64,000 nt of DNA from Lytechinus pictus (taxonomy: Eukaryota): positions 6,016,001-6,080,000 of the forward strand of contig NC_087252.1 in the NCBI RefSeq assembly GCF_037042905.1, given 5' to 3'. The notes beneath the pieces were generated by a model. It worked only from the letters and a program-made list of their open reading frames with translations, was not told where the DNA came from and made no database searches. Positions 42,240-55,490 of this stretch are shown piece by piece. Each line of letters begins with the position of its first letter. Position 1 is the first letter of the stretch. Position numbers and translations under genes: made by a program.

Positions 42240-42411
42240 CTCTCACGGGCAAACACACCAACATGAAGCAAACATGAATACACACGAACATGAATGAACG
42301 CCTGTATTGATAAATAGCTAAATATTACTGAAAGTGATGGAAATTTATATGGGCCTCGTGACATAGATATATATTTAAGTGTATAGGAAAGAACAATAAG
42401 GTTGTTTGAGT

Positions 42412-42453
<42 letters not shown>

Positions 42454-42644
42454 ATATATTGGTTTGTTTTCATATATATTTTTTATTTCTAAACGTTAGT
42501 TTTGTTTGGTTTATATATAAACACAATATATGGTATATATATATATATATATATTTTTTTTTTTCTTTTTTTTCCTGTCATTTTTTCGCCTAAGTATTTG
42601 GTACAAGACACAGTAGTCATGTTAAAGAGTGGATGCCTGTTTAC

Positions 42645-42680
<36 letters not shown>

Positions 42681-43164
42681 TTTATATATAAACCAAACAA
42701 AACTACCGTTTAGATATAAAAAAATATATATGAAAACAAACCAAAATAAGTGTTTATGTATATCCTTACAAATTTTGCGTATTATTTTCCATTTTAGCCA
42801 AGTGGACATTCCTGTGATTTTGATTTGATATTGCACACAATGTCCAGCGGAGACAAAGCGTAATTAGACAGAAACGAATATGTGTGACATGATTATAATA
42901 TTTATTTCTCATTTTCATAATCACATTCATAATGAGATACTCATTTAGCCTTGTGCAGAACGAGATATCACATAATATTCGGTATTGTAATGAACGCAGA
43001 CCAGGCTTTGATTAAAATCACACCTATACAAACAGTCGATTATGTTTCAAGATTATTAAAACATACGCGACAGAATCCTAAAACGTGAAAACCGTGAATG
43101 AATATGTTAGTTTTCATCTTAGATATATATTACAAGATCACTCATTGATTTACACATTCAACAT

Positions 43165-43778
43165 TAGAGGACTACTCTGGGATGAAAAATAATCATATCT
43201 AAATATATAGAGTAAAATCCACCGAACAAAATGCTGAAAATTGTTATCAAAACCGGATAAAAAAATACCAATATTGAATTCTAAGATGAGTAATATTTTG
43301 TTAAAGTAGTTACATGTACACCGTCGTGCATATGCAATATATGGGGTGATGATGTGATATCACCACTTCCATTAATTTCATATTATTACATGGAATAATA
43401 AATATTAAATATTTTCATATATGAGCGCATGACACGCATCCCTTGTAACAAAATACGTAGCAGCAGTAATTATCGTACATATTTAATCATGAGACAATCA
43501 TTTCTTTTCTTCATTGTTGGAGGAAAAAAATGTGAAAAAGATAATATCATTTGAAAAAAATGCAATATAGTAAGTAGGGATATGACATCATCAGTTCGCT
43601 CATTGAATATTCAGAACAATTTTTGAAAGAACTGTTTCTCAGTAGTAATGTAACACTTTAAAAAGTTCATTATTGTGTTATTCCTCATCCGATTTAAATG
43701 AAATTTTCCGTCTTTTATTTGTCCAATTTGACTGTATCTGTTCAAATCATATCATTTTAGCCTAGAATTTCACATTAA
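43165..43778. mobile_element. Highly diverged TTAA-type DNA transposon relic related to 9832-10362
   Basis: Long imperfect terminal inverted similarity (aaaatgctgaaaattgttatcaaaaccggat / atccgatttaaatgaaattttccg); shared tgacatca motifs. Confidence 0.4.
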
Positions 43779-46700
43779 CTTGGAAAAATTAGAAAACAGT
43801 AAGCATATTGTCATCTACTTCAGTAAAAACAAAACAAATTACATTATTTTGTAAGAGGAAAAAGGCAAGTTTGATTGGTAAAACATCAAAGTAAAAGCAT
43901 GTGCCTCTAGTTAATTTTGCAAATATTGCCTAAATTTTGAATAGTTTTAGACTTCAATTTATCAACAAACTTTCACATTTTTCCCGGAATCCCCCTCTAC
44001 ATTAACGAACCCGATCTAAATTATATACCAATATTTACAATGAACAGATATGTGCTTTGATTACTCCGTAATAAAACATCACTCCAATTTATTTAAAGTA
44101 ATTTGAATTCCAATTAAATTTGATATCGGATAGAGATCAATATGCCTTGAATCAAAAGTGTATATCTATCAATTTATTAACCATGGAATTTATAAAAATG
44201 AAAGCAAGGGCAACATGGTCATAATAATATCAATTCCACATTTATTTCGGAAAGTTTCCACAGATTTGGTCAAACCAAGTTTTATGCAACCTTTTGAAGC
44301 ATCCTTTCAAGCGTTAAGTCTCTATTTTTCCCTTTCCTTAGACATCGTTCTCTAACTCATTATCTCCATCTCTCTCACTAGCTCTTTCTCTCTTTCTCTC
44401 TCCCGATTACATTTGGCTCGTTGCCATGAACATCATTATCAAAAGTCATAAGGTACTCGGGGCCCAGTTTTGATTTTGTATTAATTATATTTCGCCATAT
44501 CTCACATCTTATTACCATTGCATACGATTTAATGAGTATTAATCGATGTACATTTAGATGCATATGTTTTACATGTGTTGTAGCCTCCATTAGCAGTTAG
44601 ACAATTAGACATATTCAATCACCAGGATGTATTCCATTTGCATTTTGAAGGAGAAGATAGCATCTTGTACCCATTGATGTTTTCTATGAAAACCGGAGGG
44701 GAAGAAGGGGGGTAAAGCCAATGTAACACTCCACTTTGACCTTAATTACTCACATATTTCCTGGACTCTTAATTCATATGGTTTCTCTCTCTCTCTCTCT
44801 CTCTCTCAAGCACGGACCATTTCTTTTCTTGTTTTGTTCGGGGTTGGGGAAAATAATCTCATTTTCACATTGCATATTCTTTGTACTTATCAGATAGTTT
44901 CGGTTTCGATATAATGGAATGAAATAAAAATAAGGATAATAATAAACCAATTTTTGCCTACCTTTTGAACGGTACACTAAGACGTAGACCCCTTTCAGTA
45001 AGATCCAAAATACAGAGAATTGTAATAACAGTTTCTTCCAAGCAAAATTACAGGATACGTATTCCACTCACAGTGCTTTATTGTAAGTCATGTCAGACAC
45101 ATCACATTGAATCAAAACAGAGGTGAAAAAATGCTGGGTAAGTACCCCACTCCTTCGGCAGGACAGTCCGATGGATATACCCTGTCTTTCCTCGCGAGGC
45201 AAGGTAAACATGGAGTGGCCAGATATTTGCAGACTCGTACGAGATCAGAATAACCGAACAAACTTTCCACTTCTGATTCCCCCCAGCCGGAGAGAAAAAT
45301 GCTGATAATTTCGATACAGCTCACACTGAAAAGGCATTGACAAGGAGTTAGTGTTGGGTGACGAATCACGAATTTGCTTTCAGAGTCCTCAGACGGTAAA
45401 TGCGGTATTAGAGAAGTAAAAACCCTATAAACCCTTCCAGTATTTTGCCGCACATTGTTCGATTAGTTCGCTTTCTCACACAAGCTGCCGATACAACGCG
45501 TTTTGGCAACTTTTGTGACAACAGCAGCAATCCATAGAAATGGGGGTAATCGATGTATTGATTTTTAACTCGTTTTGCATATAGTTTAGCAGACGTTAAC
45601 ACATGTTACGCATTTCTGTGCAGACACAAACGCGGTTGACGGTGCCCAACTTTGAAAGGCGGCGAGCAGTGTTAAACCCGAATGTAGAAGGCGACTGCTG
45701 TGGATCCTGAAAAGACAAAATGCGGCGCCACGGAGCGATGCAGTGAGCATGTGATTGTCGCCTCCTCCTTTTTTGCCCTTCTTATTATTCCTGCAGACCA
45801 CAGTGGTGTCAGAGAGTCTTTCGCCGTACGCAAGGTCGGGGGTTCAAATAACAGATTGTGGTTGTGAATGTAGGCATTAAGTTATGTACTAAATGCCCAT
45901 AGCAATGTTTCGTGAACGATGATAATGCTGATAGTGCCCAGCTTGGAGCTTTTGTAAAAAGATAATTGAATGGTGTAGTTAAATCAGTTGAAAAAGACTG
46001 TTTCGCCAGAATGCTAATTAGCAACTAACCGTCTTTAAGTATTCTAATGTGTTAATTGTACTTTTGTATCATAAAGGATCTTTTGTATTCTTGCCTCACT
46101 GCACTTGAGCGTACACTCTAAAGAATGAGAGAGTGGAAAGGGGCAAATCACCCTTTAAAAAGGCCGGGAAGTGGCAGCGTTTCCACCCTTAATAAACACG
46201 CTGTCATTCATCCGCCCTTTCAAATCCGAACATCTTTTTATTAATCCGTCGCAAAAGGAATGGTAAATTTGTTGGAATATCGAAATGAATGGCATATACT
46301 TTCAAAATATGGATCACTTCAAAATTATCACCCATGAAAATGAAAGGGGGACAGGGGTTAATAAATAATTTTGCTAATTTTGTTATTTTTTAGTATGGTA
46401 ATAATTGTGTGGAGTCTCCAGCCCATATTTTTTTACAAATGCATTCACTGTGCAAGAAAGGAAGCTAAGGATATCCCCCCCCCTCCATTTCCCCCATGTC
46501 ATACAAAAACGATAAATGCCACATTGAGCTCATTTTTTACACAAGGACTTCATCGCTTGTCGACGAGTAACATTTTTTTTTAAATAAAAGATAATAAATG
46601 TGCCCCAATAAAAGTATTTCTTGGTCCCCGAATGAACCCCAGATCATTTGGGATCCTGGGTCTGCCGCTGTTACCAACGATATCATCGATCGATCAGCAG

Positions 46701-47084
46701 TATGTATTTTCCCACAGGTAGGTAGAGAAAATCGTTGCTTGTTACATATCCATCGCATTCCATTAATTCATTTTATTACAGGATTTTACGGTCTCTAAGT
46801 AATCATCACGTTCTGCATTTTTGTTTATCCTGACTTGAGTGGGATCATGTTATTATGTTTTTGAATTATTCCATCAAAAGACAGTATATTACCTTCACTT
46901 TGAACATCATAAAATCAGGTCCTACTTCACAAAACATTTCCTGGGTTTGTATCCACAATTTTGATCGTGGATTTTTTTTTACAAACCCACAAGATTAGTA
47001 CACAATTCCGCTACTGATACTATCATGGACACCGCAACAACTAAAAAGGATACAATGCTTTGTAGTTTGCTTCCAAGCACCTAT

Positions 47085-47091
47085 TTTATAT

Positions 47092-47167
<76 letters not shown>

Positions 47168-47253
47168 CTCTTCATCACCATTGTTCTCTTCATCAATTTC
47201 TTTACAATATTTAAATAAAAGAGTTGCCAAAGCTGTTGTACATGTATAACTTT

Positions 47254-47347
<94 letters not shown>
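47085..47347. repeat. Two long (TA)n microsatellites
   Basis: Direct reading of sequence. Confidence 0.95.
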
Positions 47348-47350
<3 letters not shown>

Positions 47351-49997
47351 TAAGATGAAATATCTGACCTAAACTTTAAGAACGTATAATTAAGTGCGTT
47401 TGCTTTATGAAAATGTAAAGTAGTAATACTCATAAATAAACCAATACAGGATATTTAATGTATGCAAATTATTTTTTTTTATCGTTTCTTCGTTTGTTTT
47501 TTACAACATATCGACATAAAGAGGATGGGTTTTTAATTATCTGTTTTACTTATTTATAGAATTGTTTTCTTAACCTACTTCAAGCGAAATAAATACTTTA
47601 CAAGGATTCCTCCTTGATAATGTCCATAATTCTTTAAATTTGAAAGAAAATGTCATCCGTATATATAGTTATCATAGCGTGATTGAGAGCAGGTGTTTAA
47701 TTCGCTGCTCCATGTTTCTATCTCAATAGAAATCGGGTCAACACCTGATCCCGAGGTCAGCTAAAATGGCGCCAAATAAAGATTTCAAACATCAATTTTG
47801 ATTCGTCGATACTGGGTATGTTTAACAATGTGTGCATGGAACCGGGAACCCGATAGGCCGTCGCTGTTTTGGTCTTGATGTGAGGTCAAGTGAAATAGGT
47901 TTCTTTAATTGCATTTCCAAGATAGATGGTTATTGACTTGTTTTATTCTGTTGACTTGGTATAAGAAAGGAAACGAAGACCATAATTCCTGTATAATATG
48001 AATAGAAAGAATGATGTAAGCACAAATACCATCTTTAAGTACACGCAACAGACGATGTCTTGATGTAGAACTGATTATAGGAACGATGCTTTTCTTTTCA
48101 ATATCTTATTTCAAAGAAGATGGGAAAATGATGCAAAAGTATTTGCTCTTATAATACTAATCATTGTTGCAATTACTTCTTTTGCAAGCATTGCCCTTCC
48201 GATCTAATGAATATCATCGTCTGGGATAAGCTACTTACTTATTAAAATACACCTTGGATCAGAAGATTATCATCCCGTGTCAACATTTTATCTGATATAA
48301 TCCAACTAGAACCATCAAAATAATTGTCTATGTTACATAATTGTTGTTCAAACAACCAGTCAGATGATTGACTGACATTTAAGGGATATTATGAAGAAAT
48401 TATAATTGTCACAAAGCCACATGATAATACAATCAAGAACAACTAAAGTTTGATAAGAAATAGCATGATAATATTCGGCTGAGAAAATTCTAAATCACAA
48501 AAATGTGTACATGTTGCATATTTTCCCACTGAGTTTAAAACTAGATAGCATCTTAGCCACGATGGGCGCCACAACATCGTTTCACTATACACATACAGTG
48601 TAATATTACCTCCCAAGGGTGTTACATTGCGACATCTATATTGCTTGAATTCTTTAACAAGAATATGCTATAAGAAGAGGGTTTTAAAGTGCATTGGGTG
48701 TTACGCTAGACGGTTTTAAAATGCCATTAACCTATCGTATAAAAAGATGTGAAGTTCCCTGAACTATATGGTCTTTGTGGAGGTGTATAGGATTCCATAC
48801 ACTCTAATGTCAAGTAGGGTGTGTCATAAAATGGATATATATCAATTTATATCTTCTTAAACGTGTTGATATGTAAGTATCGAAAGCAATTCTTGCTTGT
48901 ATAGAAAAGCACTATGCATTCTAAAATTGGTTATCCAAGATTTTGTAAAACAATGATGCTCGTTGGATAAACTAAACAAATGTTGAATAGATTTTACAAA
49001 ATATTGCCTGATAAGCTGCCCCAAATGCACATTTTAACATTACGGTTTAGCCCTAAATATTTCGTATTCATTGAATATTGTATTTTTAAACTTTAGGGGT
49101 ACGTAATTAAAGGTAGCATACATTCTTTAAGATTTATTTCTATACTTTTTCAATTGATGATAATAAAGGCGATTTGAAAATTGAAATATCAGTCTCTTTT
49201 TGTTTATTTTTTATCAAAGGAAACGTGAAAATTAAAAACGATCGACATAAGGTTTGCCATTCAAGGTCACAGAGCGGCACTAATGCAATTGAATAACTTG
49301 ATCACTCCCCTTTCTAGTGAGCAACCAAGCTTTCTTTTTTATGACACATCCTATTCAGGTGGAATTGAATGAAGCTACTTGAATGGCTAGCTTCCCTTCC
49401 CGTATTGTGTGCAACTGGGTCAAGTGAGGAGACTATTTTTATCCAAAACCGTCTCAAATTTTAATTGAAACTTGGCAAATTTGGCGATCATTCTTCAGCT
49501 GCCCCCATGAGATGTGCGAGAAAGAATGAAATCAAACAGAAATCTGTGGTTGGTTATTGCATAAAAGCGTTGGTACGACTCTGTATTATGTTTACTTCAG
49601 GGTAATATGAATGATTTCGCTTCTGCGAGTCGCGAGCAAGCAAGAAGCAAGCATTTTAAGCGCGAAATTGTATTTGTTGACAACGCTTCTGATGGTTAGG
49701 ACTATTGGTTATAGAACTCACGCCCCCATTCCAACAATCTGCCCTACAACACGTACAAGCTCACTGCATAGTCGTGGGTGTTTTAAAGGATTTGCATACT
49801 ATTACGCCACTAAGAATTATCGAAATGTTATTCATTGTTTTAATTTTATGATGTATATCACCAAATTATAGTTTTTTTCAACTAATTTCAGCATCATCAT
49901 ACGCCTTTACTTTACCTATAAATGTGTTTTATTGCGGTAACATATTGCATATTTTGACCATAAAATCATATGTTATTGTGTTGATATGTATATATAT

Positions 49998-50031
<34 letters not shown>

Positions 50032-53000
50032 TTTATTGGTTTATAAGGAATCTAAGAGTCTGATATGATTAAAATTCAATCTAATATTTGAGGGAACTTG
50101 TATACACAAAGCCGTAAAGGAATTTTTGGTTCTCTCATTTCATGTCTTATCTATATTATTACCTACATATACGAAGTGTTTTCCTTGGCAATTATTTTCA
50201 ATTTTTTCTTCCTCTGCTTCCACAGCGGTCAATATCATGCAATATTTTCTTTCTACCGGGTTTTCCCCCGCTGACATTTGCCTGTGTTCTACCGGTTGAA
50301 AAGGGGCAAGGCTTAACTCTGTGCTATACAATTTATGGAAAGCCTAAATTGGAAATCGACTGATGGTTAACCATTGGCAATAGGTTATAACAGAGCTTCT
50401 ATCGGTCTAGGGTCGATTTGGCATGCGTATAACTGTTGCATAAGGAAGCCATCTTTGCTTTTACATTTTTTGTTTTATTACGGCTGAATCACAATTCCTT
50501 CTTTTCGGTGTAGGGGACACAGTCTCCTCCATCTCCCCTCTCCCCCCCCCCCTCTCTCTCTCTCTATCTCTCCCTCTCTATCTCTCTCTCGCTCCCTCTC
50601 TCTCAAAGAAAAGACTTATGTCACCCTGATCAGGAATATCAGTCAAGCAGAGCAGTCGCCATAATCCGTATCGTTATCCCCAAACTTAGCCACAAAAATC
50701 ACTCGAAAATAACTTGCAGTGTAAACTAGCGAAAAGGGTGGTAAAACCTCGCAATACCTCACCCATCACTTTAAAAGAGAGAAAATTCTTAAGCCTCACT
50801 CTCCAAAAACCACCTACTTCACCCAGCATGGATGATGTGACGAACCACTCTGGCGGGACTAGTGGATAATGTAACTTAAATAGAGACGTTTGGAAACCAC
50901 TAATGTGAAATACAAGCCGAATGTATTGATTGTGCCTTTATTTGCAATTCATATTCGAGGAGAGCCTTTCCAAACCAGTTTGATCATTCTGACCACAGAT
51001 TGAAATCCGCTCAACCATTTTTTTTTCTTCACATGTCAGCAGATTTGCACAATTCCTAGAGCATTTTGGCATTTACTAAAAAAACTTAATGCGGTGATCC
51101 ACATACAGCCTTTAATCTTTTTATACATACGTTGTTTTTTGTATTGGTTCGGTATATACCATATTTAAGAAAGATAAAGGACTAAATAGGTTTATATTCC
51201 TTTCCCCGAAACAAATTGAAAATAGTTTTCTTTATTATTCAAGTATCAGTTAATTAAAACATCTGTCACTGAAGTAAAGTCCAAGCGATGAATCTATCGT
51301 TTCACCCCCCCCCCCCACATTTTGATAGTATGACGTCACGGAATTTCGCAAGTGATATCTGAGCATTTACATTTATCGATTCCCGCACTCTATTACTCAT
51401 TATTGTTATTTGTGTTGTTGTTGTTTTTTTGTCCATGCATTGATTTCAGTTGTTAGAATCAAAATACAAAGGGAAATAGAAACAGGGAAACGAAGATTGG
51501 CAGAAAAAGTTAAAAATTTCAAAAATTCTTGTTGCATAATTACGTATATCTTGCACGACAATGCTGAAAGGTCATCTTGTTTAGATTATTATTTGTCTTT
51601 GGTAGTAATTTCTTACATTTTTCTCTCTAACATATTTCCCCGTCATCGTATAATATATGTTGCGTAATCGATTCCAACTGTAAAAGCTTGCCTTAATGTA
51701 TGACAAAAATTAGTATTGTATAGATTCGTTTACACGTTGAACAAAACGTATAAAAATCATTAAAAAACGAGAACATTGAAATTTATTTTGCATTAAGTAA
51801 GTGATACATCAAATGTCCATGGGGCGTGCATCATTCGATGTGACCTTGGCTATGGTATCTTCAGTCGGTCGGATCTAAAGAGACAGTTCTGCAAGATTTC
51901 CGCCATGTAACGAGGGTAATGGTCCGTACCTAGTCGCATGCATCCGACTGGCAACATGTAAAACACGTGATTAACTGTTCACACTCCAAGAGTGTAGGCC
52001 TACGAAGCAAATTGTGAATGTTGGAAATTGAAATAAACGAAATGAAATAAAAATGATGCACGTTCAAATGTGCGAAGCAACAGACTGTATACTTGCAGTA
52101 ATGCAAAAACATTTTATTGATGCTGTGAATGTTTATGCTGTTTTAGTGTTAACATGTCGTATGAAGGAAATGTGTTCAAAAGGAAATTTCTATGTCGTCA
52201 ACGTTTTTTTTTTCCGTGTGTAATAAAACCAAGTTAAAGGGCCTGCCACGTATACAGGCGTTAATTTTTATTTGACAAGCCCTTTCATTATGTTAAGTCT
52301 GACGTTTATTATTTATTTCAGCTATTCTAACTCTGCTTTAAACGTTGTAATTAATCATTAGAATGAAAAGAAAAACAAAATTATTTTTAAATTTGAGGTA
52401 ATTTTTAGAAATACTTTCAGTATGCATGAGTTGTACCGTTTATTGTGTCTGAATACCAAAAAACAAAGAAATAAAAAGGTGGATTTTCAGCGGGTGTCTG
52501 TGTGATTATACAAAAATAACAAAGATTAAATAACGCACATGTGGAACTTTTTTATCTTTGAATTTCCAAATGCAACCTGGGCAGCGGTACATGTCCTTAT
52601 CAAAATGTCTAACCTTTCCCTTTTCCTCCTCATCTATTTCATCCTCTCAATAAAACCGTCGGCTAGAATCATCTTCTCCAGACCTCGCATCTCTTCCCAA
52701 GAAGCTAATGGATGTTGACATCGGGTCGGATCCTAGACACAATAAAAGGTCGTAGATTTGAACAATAATCTTACATCATGATACTTCGAAATAGAGGGTT
52801 CACACTGACAAATTAAACGGTTCGAGATCTCATTTATATTTTGTTTTATTGCTTTCATTTTATTCTTAAATTATTTGTTTTTTATATATTTATTTCTCTC
52901 ATCTCATTTTTGGGGGGTGCGTCAGGACTTCGTTACCCTGTTGATAAGAAAACTATACCACAGTGTGGTCGGGATGTGGTAAATAATGTGAAATCTTCTT

Positions 53001-53355
53001 CCATTTCAGCCTTTTAAAAGTGTAGATCAGATTGCAATTCTGAGAAAGTGAACACACCGTGAACCGTTTTTTTTTTCAACAGGATATCGTTAATCCTATT
53101 TGATGATATCATGAAATGACTGTTTCCGGCTTTCAAATGCTTGCGAAGAGGCGGCAAAGTAATGTAATATAAAAGCGAGAGAGTGAGGCGATCGAGCATT
53201 TTACAATGTCAGTGTGGTTGTTAGTTTTAGTTGGGGGCTCAACATTTGGTACTGTGACTTTTCATTGTTACATTTACGAAATTTGACGTATAAATTCATT
53301 TTCTCATATAAAAGGATACATCATTATTTTTGGTTACATTTTGTAATACATAATG

Positions 53356-53361
53356 TATTCT
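53356..53361 (+). repeat. Left target-site duplication TATTCT
   Basis: Identical 6-mer immediately after the right end, at 58566-58571. Confidence 0.9.
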
Positions 53362-53497
53362 AGTAGTTATAGGATAGACCTCATACCAATTTGACCTTTG
53401 AGTGACCTTTGACCCCAACTTCCGGTCACTGTTGACCCCGTGACCCCACCTTCCGGTCAATCATGACCTTTGACCTTTGGGTACGCGGTAAACAGGA

Positions 53498-53758
53498 AAT
53501 TGGATAATGGAGCGCGGGAAGCGATTTTAATTGGATAATGGAGCGCGGGACGCGATTTTAATTGGATAATGAAGCGCGGGACGCGATTTTAATTGGATAA
53601 TGACTCCGCGTGGGGACGCGATTTTAATTGGATAATGACTCCGCGTGGGGACGCGATTTTAATTGGATAATGACTCCGCGTGGGGACGCCATCTTAATTG
53701 GATAATGAAACGCGGGACGCGATTTTAATTGGATAATGAGGGTCGGCGTGGGGACGCC
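53498..53758 (+). repeat. Subterminal tandem array, 8 units of 31-35 bp (AATTGGATAATG-var-GGGACGCGATTTT)
   Basis: Units counted directly; mirrored at 58169-58429. Confidence 0.9.
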
Positions 53759-53819
53759 ACGCTTCAACCCGGAAATGATGGGGGTGAATCTTAAAGAAAG
53801 AGTAAAAAGCAGCGCGTGC

Positions 53820-53855
53820 TATAAAACCCGCCAACTTGGACACCCGGCGCATTCT
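53820..53855 (+). promoter_or_regulatory. Candidate Pol II core promoter (TATAAAA plus Inr-like CATTC), pointing inward
   Basis: TATAAAA at 53820-53826; the A of CATTC lies at 53851, 31 nt downstream; located just after the ATTGG-containing array; mirrored on the - strand at 58072-58107. Confidence 0.5.
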
Positions 53856-53912
53856 GGACCTCGGACTAACCAGAACAGCTCTGCCGCAGGAACACCAATT
53901 TATCTACATGCC

Positions 53913-54131
53913 ATGTTGATAACCGTGTGGATGTTGTTTGCGCTTTGGAGAGAGCCGTACATAGGTTTTGAATTTTGGAGGAACTGGGAGAAAGTGTGGG
54001 AAGCGTATGAAGAGGAAAGGAAGAAAGGTATATTTGCCGGTCCAAAGGTGAATCATGAGTCAAACGCAGTGGAGCACCGAGGACGAAGCCATGCTTCGTC
54101 TCCTTCTGGTGGGAGATCATATTCAAGGTGA
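53913..54131 (+). CDS. Hypothetical 72-aa Trp-rich protein (MLITVWMLFALWREPY...), element-borne
   Basis: gccATG in good context ~60 nt after the predicted TSS; no recognisable domain. Confidence 0.3.
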   Translation: MLITVWMLFALWREPYIGFEFWRNWEKVWEAYEEERKKGIFAGPKVNHESNAVEHRGRSHASSPSGGRSYSR

Positions 54132-54246
54132 AAGCCGGCCCTCTCTGCCTCTTATTACAACAATGATTGGTAATCCAACATGTGATTATAATAGTGACAT
54201 CTCAAGCTCTACTCATTCCAGACTTTTACACATCAAAACTCTTTGA
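54055..54246 (+). CDS. Hypothetical 63-aa protein (MSQTQWSTEDEAMLRLLL...), element-borne
   Basis: ATG-initiated ORF overlapping the previous one; W-x-x-E-D-E-x-x-L start is only loosely like a Myb/SANT first helix. Confidence 0.25.
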   Translation: MSQTQWSTEDEAMLRLLLVGDHIQGESRPSLPLITTMIGNPTCDYNSDISSSTHSRLLHIKTL

Positions 54247-54748
54247 CTTTTTCATACTGTTTTGTTCATACTTTTCATACTTTTCATATTAACTGCCCGG
54301 CTCTCTGACCCGCAAAAGTATACTATATTGAAACCAGTAGATGACTCCTTTAAATCAACTTCATTCATCCGCAGTACATATGGTGATAACATGAAACACT
54401 ATACAGTCAAGGATGATTCTTTATTATTACTATCATTTATTCTATTCCATTTCAATGTAGATAGGTTCAATTAGTGTATAAACAGCAGATTTTGATACAA
54501 AGGTAAAAATAATGTAAGATATGTTCTCAAATTACGTTGTCACAACAAAATAATTAACTGTTCATTGTTAATATTAAAGTGAAGTTCTCGTTTTTTTCTT
54601 TCCCTTCGCTTAACTTATTGGATTGTAACACATGTCTATGGATGGCATTCAGAAAATATGAACACAATGAAGTTCAAACTGTCATTTATGCCCGCATTTA
54701 TGTTGACGGCGTTTTCTTGGATTATTCGACAAGCTGATGTTTGTGCCT

Positions 54749-55399
54749 TTAGTTGTAGGTTCCATCTTCACCCTCCGTTTCTTCTCCACCATCATCATTA
54801 TCGTCATCGTCACCTTGATACTGGAATAAACCATCGAATTGTGAACCATGCCTGGCTAACACTCTCTGTACGGCTTTCCGGAATTCCATGCCATTCTCTA
54901 ATCTTTCCGTGAGATCGGACACGATTTCACGATTGATGTCAGCGTCTTCGAGGTACACGTTCTGCTGCAAGAACTGAGAGTACAGATCGAAAAAGATGCG
55001 TTTGACTGCCCACATTAGTTTCACGTGAGCCTTTGCTTTAGCGTCTTCTTCTTCCATTCCTTCTGAGATGTATTTCTGATATTTTTCGTCTCTCAAGTCC
55101 TTGGTGGCCGTCATGGCTTGCTCTAACCATCCTCGATAAGCGAGGTTGTCTTCAGTTTCTTCCATGTTTGCTGTCATTGACGATTCGTGTCCATCGCTTT
55201 CTGATACGCTCGTTTCGGAATCACCGTTGGATTCTTCAACTCTTTGCATTTGAGAGGATGGGTCGGATTCTTCATCTTCACTCGTTTCTTCTCCAGTATC
55301 ATGCTCAATTTGTTCATGCCTCTGCATGTTATATTTCCTACTAAAAGTTTTATCGCATCGTGAACAAGCGTAACGGTTGGACATATCCAATATATTCAT
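54749..55399 (-). CDS. C2H2 zinc-finger protein, 216 aa (N-terminal finger, acidic linker, helical domain, acidic tail); left copy
   Basis: YACSRCDKTFSRKYNMQRHEQIEH matches C-x2-C-x3-F-x8-H-x4-H; intronless, complex-sequence ORF; first ATG at 55399 (track starts at an upstream TTG, 55447). Confidence 0.8.
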   Translation of the reverse strand: MNILDMSNRYACSRCDKTFSRKYNMQRHEQIEHDTGEETSEDEESDPSSQMQRVEESNGDSETSVSESDGHESSMTANMEETEDNLAYRGWLEQAMTATKDLRDEKYQKYISEGMEEEDAKAKAHVKLMWAVKRIFFDLYSQFLQQNVYLEDADINREIVSDLTERLENGMEFRKAVQRVLARHGSQFDGLFQYQGDDDDNDDGGEETEGEDGTYN

Positions 55400-55490
55400 G
55401 CTGACTCGATGATTATTTGTTGGGAAATGAAGAAAATTAACGTTCAAACTTGTAATTATACGTAATCATGAAACGCGCGCGAAGGTACTT

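Noticed and set aside
53498..53758. CRISPR-like appearance (constant repeat with variable middle)
   Set aside because: The variable parts are short and near-identical rather than unique spacers; eukaryotic context with no cas genes
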